A DNA stretch of 36,101 nt from Nemertoderma westbladi (Eukaryota; Animalia; Xenacoelomorpha): positions 1 through 36,101 of the forward strand of contig JAUCBJ010008902.1 in NCBI GenBank assembly GCA_032718475.1, read 5' to 3'. Both the position numbers and the translations under genes were made by a program. Below the pieces are notes generated by a model that searched no databases, was not told where the DNA came from, and saw only the letters and a list, made by a program, of their open reading frames with translations. Below, piece after piece: positions 20,166 to 33,100 of this stretch. Numbering within the stretch: the stretch's first letter is position 1; each line of letters starts with the position of its first letter.

Positions 20166-21147
20166 TTCTAACGCTGATTGGTGTGTTATTGAAGTGTGCC
20201 TAAGATTACGAATGCTTAGATAGGCGCTCTTTTCCTTTGATTGATTTCTATTTCTTAGTTACAATAATTAGTTATTGATTAGGTCAAAGTAATACGGCAA
20301 ATTAGGCTATTACTAGCGAAACCTGTTGCGTGATAAATTAGAATTACGTATTCTGGAACTCTTAGTAATTAGTACGCTGTTAAATATTTGTGACTGTAAC
20401 TAATTAGTAAAAATTAAGAATTAGTACGCAGCATAGCGGAGAGTAGCTAAGGTAATAATTAGTGTACTGTAAACTATTCACGCTGAGCGGTTATTTGCAT
20501 TAGCGGGCAATCAGCTAGAACGCACTATTCGGTACGCACGATACGCTAGTAATTTTGCTGGCCTAAAGCCAGTCGCGGGCAGTTTTAGACTCGGGTGGTA
20601 TTACCCACGTAGAAACAGATACTGTACCATTTTGATATTTTAAATATTCTCGCATTCACACATTACGTTAGGGAACCTCCAGTATTCGCGATTAGAAAGA
20701 CGTAGGTAATAGCGTGCTTTAATAGTGATAAAATTAGGCGTAAGAATACTCTGAGTGCAAGGCCTCTCGCACTCGTCTTAAGTAAGCTTAGGGAGCCGAC
20801 TCGGGTTTATTGTTTTGGTTATTCCCGCGTGGCTCATAGATTCGAACAGTTAGCTCTCTATCGAGCGATCGGTAGAGAAAGGAACAAGCGATTTTGCAGG
20901 AGTTGTGTAAAATTAGTAAAATATATTAGTGGACGGCAGATTAGCGCCATCTAACGGTAAGTAGCGGTTCTGTATTTAGCAACCCTTACAATTTAGTAAT
21001 AGCACGCTCCTGATCCCCTTTACTTAACAGTAGAGCAGTCTTTGTGTCTTATTGGTTAGGCGAGAGCTCATTAGGTTGACAGAAGGATATTAACGGGTAT
21101 TGGTCTGTTCAACAGTTCTGCTGTTAGTATAGAGGTCGCGGTTGTTT
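20166..21147 (+). ncRNA. Putative ~980-nt multi-domain structured RNA, family unassigned
   Basis: Dense nested helices whose non-Watson-Crick pairs are G-U on the + strand. Long-range closures 20166-20180/20508-20520, 20523-20540/20713-20727 and 20882-20895/21132-21147. GNRA-capped 10-bp hairpin at 20855-20878. No ORF in the track. Confidence 0.65.
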
Positions 21148-21149
21148 AT

Positions 21150-24100
21150 CAACTCCTGTTGTAGAACTGATAAACCTTGTCAACCACTCCTGTTGTAGAA
21201 CTGATAAACCTTGTCAGCCACTCCTGTTGTAGAACTGAACCTTGTCAGCCACTCCTGTTGTAGAACTGATAAACATTGTCAGCCACTCCTGTTGTAGAAC
21301 TGATAAACCTTGTCAGCCACTCCTGTTGTAAAACTGATAAATCTTGTCATCCACTCCTGTTGTAGAACTGATAAACCTTGTCAGCCACTCCTGTTGTAGA
21401 ACTGATAAACCTTGTCAGCCACTCCTGTTGTAGAACTGATAAACATTGTCAGCCACTCCTGTTGTAGAACCGATAAACCTTGTCAGCCACTCCTGTTGTG
21501 GAGCTGATAAACCTTGTCAGCGACTCCTGTTGTGGAGCTGATAAACCTTGTCAGCCACTCCTGTTGTAGAACTGATAAACCTTGTCAGCAACTCCTGTTG
21601 TAGAACTGTTAAACCTTGTAAGCCACTCCTGTTGTAGAACTGATAAACCTTGTCAACCACTCCTGTTGTAGAACTGATAAACCTTGTCAACCACTCCTGT
21701 TGTAGAACTGATAAACCTTGTAAGCCACTCCTGTTGTAGAACTGATAAACCTTGTCAACCACTCCTGTTGTAGAACTGATAAACCTTGTCAGCCACTCCT
21801 GTTGTAGAACTGAACCTTGTCAGCCACTCCTGTTGTAGAACTAATAAACCTTGTCAGCCACTCTAGTTGAAGAACTGATAAATCTTGTCAGCCACTCCTG
21901 TTGTAGAACTGATAAACATTGTCAGCCACTCCTGTTGTAGAACTGATAAACCTTGTCAGCCACTCCAGTTGAAGAACTGATAAACTTTGTCAGCCACTCC
22001 AGTTGAAGAACTGATAAACTTTGTCAGCCACTCCTGTTGTAGAACTGATAAACATTGTCAGCCACTCCTGTTGCTGTTGTAGAACTGATAAACATTGTCA
22101 GCCACTCCTGTTGTAGAACTGATAAACATTGTCAGCCACTCCTGTTGCAGAACTGATGAACCTTGTCAGCCACTCCTGTTTTAGAACTGATACACCTTAT
22201 CAGCCGCTCCTGTTGTAGAACTGATAAACCTTGTCAGCCACTCCTGTTGTAGAACTGATAAACCTTGTCAGCCACTCCTGTTGTAGAACTGATAAACATT
22301 GTCAGCCACTCCTGTTGTAGAACCGATAAACCTTGTCAGCCACTCCTGTTGTAGAACTGATAAACCTTGTCAGCCACTCCTGTTGTGGAACTGATAAACC
22401 TTGTCAGCCACTCCTGTTGTAGAACTGATAAACCTTGTCAGCCACTCCTGTTGTAGAACTGTTAAACCTTGTCAGCAACTCCTGTTGTAGAACTGATAAT
22501 GCTTGTAAGCCACTCCTGTTGTAGAACTGATAAACCTTGTCAACCACTCCTGTTGTAGAACTGATAAACCTTGTCAGCCACTCCTGTTGTGGAACTGATA
22601 AACCTTGTCAGCCACTCCTGTTGTAGAACTAATAAACCTTGTCAGCCACTCCTGTTGTAGAACTGATAAACCTTGTCAGTCACTCCTGTTGTAGAACTGA
22701 TAAACATTGTCACCCACTCCTGTTGTAGAACTGATAAACTTTGTCAGCCACTCATGTTGTAGAACTGATAAACCTCGTCAGTCATTCCTGTTGTAGAACT
22801 GATAACCCTTGTCAGCCACTCCTGTTGTAGAACTGATAAACCTTGTCAGCCACTCCTGTTGTAGAAGTGATAAACTTTGTCAGCCACTCCTGTTGTAGAA
22901 CTGATGAACCTTGTCAGCCACTCCTGTTGTAGAAGTGATAAACTTTGTCAGCCACTCCTGTTGTAGAACTGATGAACCTTGTCAGTCACTCCTGTTGAAG
23001 AACTGATAAACATTGTCAGCCACTCATGTTGTAGAACTGATAAACTTTGTCAGCCACTCCTGTTGCAGAACTGATAAACCTTGTCAGTCACTCCTGTTGT
23101 AGAACTGGTAAACCTTGTCAGCCACTCCTGTTGTAGAACTGATAAACCTTGTCAGTCACTCCTGTTGTAGAACTGATAAACCTTGTCAGCCACTCCTGTT
23201 GTAGAACTGATAAACTTTGTCAGCCACTCCTGTTGTAGAACTGATAAACCTTGTCAGTCACTCCTGTTGTAGAACTGATAAACTTTGTCAGCCACTCCTG
23301 TTGTAGAACTGATAAACTTTGTCAGCCACTCCTGTTGTGGAACTGATAAACATTGTCAGCCACTCCTGTTGTAGAATTGACAAACCATATCAGCCACTCT
23401 AGTTGTAGAACTGATAAACCATGTCAGCCACTCCTGTTGTAGAACTGATAAACTTTGTCAGCCACTCCTGTTGTAGAACTGACAAACCTTGTCAGCCACT
23501 CATGTTGTAGAACTGATAAACATTGTCAGCCACTCCTGTTGTAGAAATAATAAACCTTGTCAGCCACTCCTGTTGTAGAACTGACAAACCATATCAGCCA
23601 CTCTAGTTGTAGAACTGATAAACCATGTCAGCCACTCCTGTTGTAGAACTAATAAACTTTGTCAGCCACTCCTGTTGTAGAACTGATAAACCTTGTCAGC
23701 CACTCCTGTTGTAGAACTGATAAACCTTGTCAGCCACTCCTGTTGTAGAACTGATAAACTTTGTCAGTCACTCCTGTTGTAGAACTGATAAACCTTGTCA
23801 GCCACTCCTGTTGTAGAACTGATAAACTTTGTCAGCCACTCCTGTTGTAGAACTGATAAACCTTGTCAGTTACTCCTGTTGTAGAACTGATAAACTTTGT
23901 CAGCCACTCCTGTTGTAGAACTGATAAACCTTGTCAGCCACTCCAGTTGAAGAACTGATAAACCTTATCAGCCACTCCAGTTGTAGAACTGATAAACCTT
24001 GACAGCCACTCCTGTTGTAGAACTGATAAACCTTGTCAGCCACTCCTGTTGTAGAACTGATAAACCTTGTCAGCCGCTCCAGTTGTAGAACTGATAAACC

Positions 24101-27100
24101 TTGTCAGCCACTCCTGTTGTAGAACTGATAAACCTTGTCAGCCACTCCTGTTGTAGAACTGATAAACATTGTCAGCCACTCCTGTTGTAGAACCGATAAA
24201 CCTTGTCAGCCACTCCTGTTGTAGAACTGATAAACCTTGTCAGCCACTCCTGTTGTGGAACTGATAAACCTTGTTAGCCACTCCTGTTGTAGAACTGATA
24301 AACCTTGTCAGCCACTCCTGTTGTAGAACTGTTAAACCTTGTCAGCAACTCCTGTTGTAGAACTGATAATGCTTGTAAGCCACTCCTGTTGTAGAACTGA
24401 TAAACCTTGTCAACCACTCCTGTTGTAGAACTGATAAACCTTGTCAGCCACTCCTGTTGTGGAACTGATAAACCTTGTCAGCCACTCCTGTTGTAGAACT
24501 AATAAACCTTGTCAGCCACTCCTGTTGTAGAACTGATAAACCTTGTCAGTCACTCCTGTTGTAGAACTGATAAACATTGTCACCCACTCCTGTTGTAGAA
24601 CTGATAAACTTTGTCAGCCACTCATGTTGTAGAACTGATAAACCTCGTCAGTCATTCCTGTTGTAGAACTGATAACCCTTGTCAGCCACTCCTGTTGTAG
24701 AACTGATAAACCTTGTCAGCCACTCCTGTTGTAGAAGTGATAAACTTTGTCAGCCACTCCTGTTGTAGAACTGATGAACCTTGTCAGCCACTCCTGTTGT
24801 AGAAGTGATAAACTTTGTCAGCCACTCCTGTTGTAGAACTGATGAACCTTGTCAGTCACTCCTGTTGAAGAACTGATAAACATTGTCAGCCACTCCTGTT
24901 GTAGAACTGATAAACTTTGTCAGCCACTCCTGTTGTAGAACTGATAAACCTTGTCAGTCACTCCTGTTGTAGAACTGGTAAACCTTGTCAGCCACTCCTG
25001 TTGTAGAACTGATAAACCTTGTCAGTCACTCCTGTTGTAGAACTGATAAACCTTGTCAGCCACTCCTGTTGTAGAACTGATAAACTTTGTCAGCCACTCC
25101 TGTTGTAGAACTGATAAACCTTGTCAGTCACTCCTGTTGTAGAACTGATAAACTTTGTCAGCCACTCCTGTTGTAGAACTGATAAACTTTGTCAGCCACT
25201 CCTGTTGTGGAACTGATAAACATTGTCAGCCACTCCTGTTGTAGAATTGACAAACCATATCAGCCACTCTAGTTGTAGAACTGATAAACTGTCAGCCACT
25301 CCTGTTGTAGAACTGATAAACCTTGTCAGTCACTCCTGTTGTAGAACTGATAAACTTTGTCAGCCACTCCTGTTGTAGAACTGATAAACTTTGTCAGCCA
25401 CTCCTGTTGTGGAACTGATAAACATTGTCAGCCACTCCTGTTGTAGAATTGACAAACCATATCAGCCACTCTAGTTGTAGAACTGATAAACCATGTCAGC
25501 CACTCCTGTTGTAGAACTGATAAACTTTGTCAGCCACTCCTGTTGTAGAACTGACAAACCTTGTCAGCCACTCATGTTGTAGAACTGATAAACATTGTCA
25601 GCCACTCCTGTTGTAGAAATAATAAACCTTGTCAGCCACTCCTGTTGTAGAACTGACAAACCATATCAGCCACTCTAGTTGTAGAACTGATAAACCATGT
25701 CAGCCACTCCTGTTGTAGAACTAATAAACTTTGTCAGCCACTCCTGTTGTAGAACTGATAAACCTTGTCAGCCACTCCTGTTGTAGAACTGATAAACCTT
25801 GTCAGCCACTCCTGTTGTAGAACTGATAAACTTTGTCAGTCACTCCTGTTGTAGAACTGATAAACCTTGTCAGCCACTCCTGTTGTAGAACTGATAAACT
25901 TTGTCAGCCACTTCTGTTGTAGAACTGATAAACCTTGTCAGTTACTCCTGTTGTAGAACTGATAAACTTTGTCAGCCACTCCTGTTGTAGAACTGATAAA
26001 CCTTGTCAGCCACTCCAGTTGTAGAACTGATAAACCTTATCAGCCACTCCAGTTGTAGAACTGATAAACCTTGACAGCCACTCCTGTTGTAGAACTGATA
26101 AACCTTGTCAGCCACTCCTGTTGTAGAACTGATAAACCTTGTCAGCCGCTCCAGTTGTAGAACTGATAAACCTTGTCAGCCACTCCTGTTGTAGAACTGA
26201 TAAACCTTGTCAACCACTCCTGTTGTATAACTCATAAACTTTGTCAGTCACTCCTGTTGTAGAAGTGTTAAACCTTGTCAGCCACTCCTGTTGTAGAACT
26301 GATAAACGTTGTCCGCCACTCCTGTTGTAGAACTGATAAACCTTGTCACCCACTCCAGTTTTAGAACTGATAAACCTTGTCAGCCACTCCAGTTGTAGAA
26401 CTGAAAAACCTTGACAGCCACTCCTGTTGTAGAACTGATAAACCTTGTCAGCCACTCCTGTTGTAGAACTGATAAACCTTGTCAGCCACTCCAGTTGAGA
26501 ACTGATAAACTTTGTCAGCCACTCCTGTTGTAGAACTGATAAACCTTGTCAGCCACTCCAGTTTTAGAACTGATAAACCTTGTCAGCCACTCCAGTTGTA
26601 GAACTGAAAAACCTTGACAGCCACTCCTGTTGTAGAACTGATAAACCTTGTCAGCCACTCCTGTTGTAGAACTGATAAACCTTGTCAGCCACTCCAGTTG
26701 AGAACTGATAAACCTTGTCAGCCACTCCTGTTGTAGAACTGATAAACATTGTCAGCCACTCCTGTTGTAGAACTGATAAACCTTGTCAGCCACTCCTGTT
26801 GTAGAACTGAAAAAGCTTGTCAACAACTCCTGTTGTAGAACTGATAAACCTTGTCAGTCACTCTTGTTGTAGAACTGATAAACCTTGTCAGCCACTCCTG
26901 TTGTAGAACTGATAAAGCTTGTCAACCACTCCTGTTGTAGAACTGATAAACCTTGTCAGCCATTCCTGTTGTAGAACTGATAAACCTTGTCAATCACTCT
27001 TGTTGTAGAACTGATAAAATTAGTCAGTCACTCCTGTTGTAGAAGTGTTAAACCTTGTCAGTCACTCCTGTTGTAGAACTGGTAAACCTTGTCAGCCACT

Positions 27101-30100
27101 CCTGTTGTAGAACTGATAAACCTTGTCAGTCACTCCTGTTGTAGAACTGATAAACCTTGTCAGCCACTCCTGTTGTAGAACTGATAAACTTTGTCAGCCA
27201 CTCCTGTTGTAGAACTGATAAACCTTGTCAGTCACTCCTGTTGTAGAACTGATAAACTTTGTCAGCCACTCCTGTTGTAGAACTGATAAACTTTGTCAGC
27301 CACTCCTGTTGTGGAACTGATAAACATTGTCAGCCACTCCTGTTGTAGAATTGACAAACCATATCAGCCACTCTAGTTGTAGAACTGATAAACCATGTCA
27401 GCCACTCCTGTTGTAGAACTGATAAACTTTGTCAGCCACTCCTGTTGTAGAACTGACAAACCTTGTCAGCCACTCATGTTGTAGAACTGATAAACATTGT
27501 CAGCCACTCCTGTTGTAGAAATAATAAACCTTGTCAGCCACTCCTGTTGTAGAACTGACAAACCATATCAGCCACTCTAGTTGTAGAACTGATAAACCAT
27601 GTCAGCCACTCCTGTTGTAGAACTAATAAACTTTGTCAGCCACTCCTGTTGTAGAACTGATAAACCTTGTCAGCCACTCCTGTTGTAGAACTGATAAACC
27701 TTGTCAGCCACTCCTGTTGTAGAACTGATAAACTTTGTCAGTCACTCCTGTTGTAGAACTGATAAACCTTGTCAGCCACTCCTGTTGTAGAACTGATAAA
27801 CTTTGTCAGCCACTCCTGTTGTAGAACTGATAAACCTTGTCAGTTACTCCTGTTGTAGAACTGATAAACTTTGTCAGCCACTCCTGTTGTAGAACTGATA
27901 AACCTTGTCAGCCACTCCAGTTGTAGAACTGATAAACCTTATCAGCCACTCCAGTTGTAGAACTGATAAACCTTGACAGCCACTCCTGTTGTAGAACTGA
28001 TAAACCTTGTCAGCCACTCCTGTTGTAGAACTGATAAACCTTGTCAGCCGCTCCAGTTGTAGAACTGATAAACCTTGTCAGCCACTCCTGTTGTAGAACT
28101 GATAAACCTTGTCAACCACTCCTGTTGTATAACTGATAAACTTTGTCAGTCACTCCTGTTGTAGAAGTGTTAAACCTTGTCAGCCACTCCTGTTGTAGAA
28201 CTGATAAACGTTGTCCGCCACTCCTGTTGTAGAACTGATAAACCTTGTCACCCACTCCAGTTTTAGAACTGATAAACCTTGTCAGCCACTCCAGTTGTAG
28301 AACTGAAAAACCTTGACAGCCACTCCTGTTGTAGAACTGATAAACCTTGTCAGCCACTCCTGTTGTAGAACTGATAAACCTTGTCAGCCACTCCAGTTGA
28401 GAACTGATAAACTTTGTCAGCCACTCCTGTTGTAGAACTGATAAACCTTGTCAGCCACTCCAGTTTTAGAACTGATAAACCTTGTCAGCCACTCCAGTTG
28501 TAGAACTGAAAAACCTTGACAGCCACTCCTGTTGTAGAACTGATAAACCTTGTCAGCCACTCCTGTTGTAGAACTGATAAACCTTGTCAGCCATTCCAGT
28601 TGAGAACTGATAAACCTTGTCAGCCACTCCTGTTGTAGAACTGATAAACATTGTCAGCCACTCCTGTTGTAGAACTGATAAACCTTGTCAGCCACTCCTG
28701 TTGTAGAACTGAAAAAGCTTGTCAACAACTCCTGTTGTAGAACTGATAAACCTTGTCAGTCACTCCTGTTGTAGAACTGATAAACCTTGTCAGCCACTCC
28801 TGTTGTAGAACTGATAAAGCTTGTCAACCACTCCTGTTGTAGAACTGATAAACCTTGTCAGCCATTCCTGTTGTAGAACTGATAAACCTTGTCAATCACT
28901 CTTGTTGTAGAACTGATAAACTTAGTCAGTCACTCCTGTTGTAGAAGTGTTAAACCTTGTCAGCCACTCTTGTTGTAGAACTGATAAACCTTGTCAGCCA
29001 CTCCTGTTGTAGAACTGATAAAGCTTGTCAACCACTCCTGTTGTAGAACTGATAAACCTTGTCAGCCATTCCTGTTGTAGAACTGATAAACCTTGTCAGC
29101 CACTCCTGTTGTAGAACTGATAAACATTGTCAGCCACTCCTGTTTTAGAACTGATAAACCTTGTCAGCCACTCCTGTTGTAGAACTGATAAACCTTGTCA
29201 GCCACTCCTGTTGTAGAACTGATAAATCTTGTCAGCCACTCCTGTTGTAGAACTGATAAACCTTGTCAGCCACTCCTGTTGTAGAACTTTTAAACCTGGT
29301 CAGCAACTCCTGTTGTAGAACAGATAAACCTTGTCAGCCACTCCTTTTGTAGAACTGATAAACCTTGTCAGCCACTCCAGTTGAGAAATGATAAACTTTG
29401 TCAGCCACTCTTGTTGTAGAACTGATAAAACTTGTCAGCCACTCCTGTTGTAGAACTGATAAACATTGTCAGCCACTCCTGTTGTAGAACTGATAAACCT
29501 TGTCAGCCACTCCTGTTGTAGAACTGTTAAAGCTTGTCAACCACTCCTGTTGTAGAACTGATAAACCTTGTCAGCCATTCCTGTTGTAGAACTGATAAAC
29601 CTTGTTAGCCACTCCTGTTGTAGAACTGATAAACATTGTCAGCCACTCCTGTTTTAGAACTGATAAACCACGTCAGCCACTCCTGTTGTAGAACTGATAA
29701 ACCTTGTCAGCCACTCCTGTTGTAGAACTGATAAATCTTGTCAGCCACTCCTGTTGTAGAACTGATAAACCTTGTCAGCCACTCCTGTTGTAGAACTGAT
29801 AAACTTTGTCAGCCACTCCTGTTGTAGAACTGATAAACATTGTCAGCCACTCCTGTTGTAGAACTGACAAACCATATCAGCCACTCTAGTTGTAGAACTG
29901 ATAAACCATGTCAGCCACTCCTGTTGTAGAACTAATAAACTTTGTCAGCCACTCCTGTTGTAGAACTGATAAACCTTGTCAGCCACTCCTGTTGTAGAAC
30001 TGATAAACCTTGTCAGCCACTCCTGTTGTAGAACTGATAAACTTTGTCAGTCACTCCTGTTGTAGAACTGATAAACCTTGTCAGCCACTCCTGTTGTAGA

Positions 30101-33100
30101 ACTGATAAACTTTGTCAGCCACTCCTGTTGTAGAACTGATAAACCTTGTCAGTTACTCCTGTTGTAGAACTGATAAACTTTGTCAGCCACTCCTGTTGTA
30201 GAACTGATAAACCTTGTCAGCCACTCCAGTTGTAGAACTGATAAACCTTATCAGCCACTCCAGTTGTAGAACTGATAAACCTTGACAGCCACTCCTGTTG
30301 TAGAACTGATAAACCTTGTCAGCCACTCCTGTTGTAGAACTGATAAACCTTGTCAGCCGCTCCAGTTGTAGAACTGATAAACCTTGTCAGCCACTCCTGT
30401 TGTAGAACTGATAAACCTTGTCAACCACTCCTGTTGTATAACTGATAAACTTTGTCAGTCACTCCTGTTGTAGAAGTGTTAAACCTTGTCAGCCACTCCT
30501 GTTGTAGAACTGATAAACTTTGTCCGCCACTCCTGTTGTAGAACTGATAAACCTTGTCACCCACTCCAGTTTTAGAACTGATAAACCTTGTCAGCCACTC
30601 CAGTTGTAGAACTGAAAAACCTTGACAGTAACTCCTGTTGTAGAACTGATAAACCGTGTCAGCCACTCCTGTTGTAGAACTGATAAACCTTGTCAGCCAC
30701 TCCAGTTGAGAACTGATAAACTTTGTCAGCCACTCCTGTTGTAGAACTGATAAACCTTGTCAGCCACTCCAGTTTTAGAACTGATAAACCTTGTCAGCCA
30801 CTCCAGTTGTAGAACTGAAAAACCTTGACAGCCACTCCTGTTGTAGAACTGATAAACCTTGTCAGCCACTCCTGTTGTAGAACTGATAAACTTTGTCAGT
30901 CACTCCTGTTGTAGAACTGATAAACCTTGTCAGCCACTCCTGTTGTAGAACTGATAAACTTTGTCAGCCACTCCTGTTGTAGAACTGATAAACCTTGTCA
31001 GTTACTCCTGTTGTAGAACTGATAAACTTTGTCAGCCACTCCTGTTGTAGAACTGATAAACCTTGTCAGCCACTCCAGTTGTAGAACTGATAAACCTTAT
31101 CAGCCACTCCAGTTGTAGAACTGATAAACCTTGACAGCCACTCCTGTTGTAGAACTGATAAACCTTGTCAGCCACTCCTGTTGTAGAACTGATAAACCTT
31201 GTCAGCCGCTCCAGTTGTAGAACTGATAAACCTTGTCAGCCACTCCTGTTGTAGAACTGATAAACCTTGTCAACCACTCCTGTTGTATAACTCATAAACT
31301 TTGTCAGTCACTCCTGTTGTAGAAGTGTTAAACCTTGTCAGCCACTCCTGTTGTAGAACTGATAAACGTTGTCCGCCACTCCTGTTGTAGAACTGATAAA
31401 CCTTGTCACCCACTCCAGTTTTAGAACTGATAAACCTTGTCAGCCACTCCAGTTGTAGAACTGAAAAACCTTGACAGCCACTCCTGTTGTAGAACTGATA
31501 AACCTTGTCAGCCACTCCTGTTGTAGAACTGATAAACCTTGTCAGCCACTCCAGTTGAGAACTGATAAACTTTGTCAGCCACTCCTGTTGTAGAACTGAT
31601 AAACCTTGTCAGCCACTCCAGTTTTAGAACTGATAAACCTTGTCAGCCACTCCAGTTGTAGAACTGAAAAACCTTGACAGCCACTCCTGTTGTAGAACTG
31701 ATAAACCTTGTCAGCCACTCCTGTTGTAGAACTGATAAACCTTGTCAGCCACTCCAGTTGAGAACTGATAAACCTTGTCAGCCACTCCTGTTGTAGAACT
31801 GATAAACATTGTCAGCCACTCCTGTTGTAGAACTGATAAACCTTGTCAGCCACTCCTGTTGTAGAACTGAAAAAGCTTGTCAACAACTCCTGTTGTAGAA
31901 CTGATAAACCTTGTCAGTCACTCTTGTTGTAGAACTGATAAACCTTGTCAGCCACTCCTGTTGTAGAACTGATAAAGCTTGTCAACCACTCCTGTTGTAG
32001 AACTGATAAACCTTGTCAGCCATTCCTGTTGTAGAACTGATACACCTTGTCAATCACTCTTGTTGTAGAACTGATAAAATTAGTCAGTCACTCCTGTTGT
32101 AGAAGTGTTAAACCTTGTCAGTCACTCCTGTTGTAGAACTGGTAAACCTTGTCAGCCACTCCTGTTGTAGAACTGATAAACCTTGTCAGTCACTCCTGTT
32201 GTAGAACTGATAAACCTTGTCAGCCACTCCTGTTGTAGAACTGATAAACTTTGTCAGCCACTCCTGTTGTAGAACTGATAAACCTTGTCAGTCACTCCTG
32301 TTGTAGAACTGATAAACTTTGTCAGCCACTCCTGTTGTAGAACTGATAAACTTTGTCAGCCACTCCTGTTGTGGAACTGATAAACATTGTCAGCCACTCC
32401 TGTTGTAGAATTGACAAACCATATCAGCCACTCTAGTTGTAGAACTGATAAACCATGTCAGCCACTCCTGTTGTAGAACTGATAAACTTTGTCAGCCACT
32501 CCTGTTGTAGAACTGACAAACCTTGTCAGTCACTCATGTTGTAGAACTGATAAACATTGTCAGCCACTCCTGTTGTAGAAATAATAAACCTTGTCAGCCA
32601 CTCCTGTTGTAGAACTGACAAACCATATCAGCCACTCTAGTTGTAGAACTGATAAACCATGTCAGCCACTCCTGTTGTAGAACTAATAAACTTTGTCAGC
32701 CACTCCTGTTGTAGAACTGATAAACCTTGTCAGCCACTCCTGTTGTAGAACTGATAAACTTTGTCAGCCACTCCTGTTGTAGAACTGATAAACCTTGTCA
32801 GTTACTCCTGTTGTAGAACTGATAAACTTTGTCAGCCACTCCTGTTGTAGAACTGATAAACCTTGTCAGCCACTCCAGTTGTAGAACTGATAAACCTTAT
32901 CAGCCACTCCAGTTGTAGAACTGATAAACCTTGACAGCCACTCCTGTTGTAGAACTGATAAACCTTGTCAGCCACTCCTGTTGTAGAACTGATAAACCTT
33001 GTCAGCCGCTCCAGTTGTAGAACTGATAAACCTTGTCAGCCACTCCTGTTGTAGAACTGATAAACCTTGTCAACCACTCCTGTTGTATAACTCATAAACT

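Noticed and set aside
20166-21147. Group I/II intron, hammerhead or rRNA identity for the structured segment
   Set aside because: AATCAGC resembles a group I Q element but no P7 R/S pair was found. GTGTG and GCGGTTCTG resemble group II ends but no proper domain V forms. The GAAAC after a stem lacks the CUGANGA core. No universal rRNA motifs were seen.
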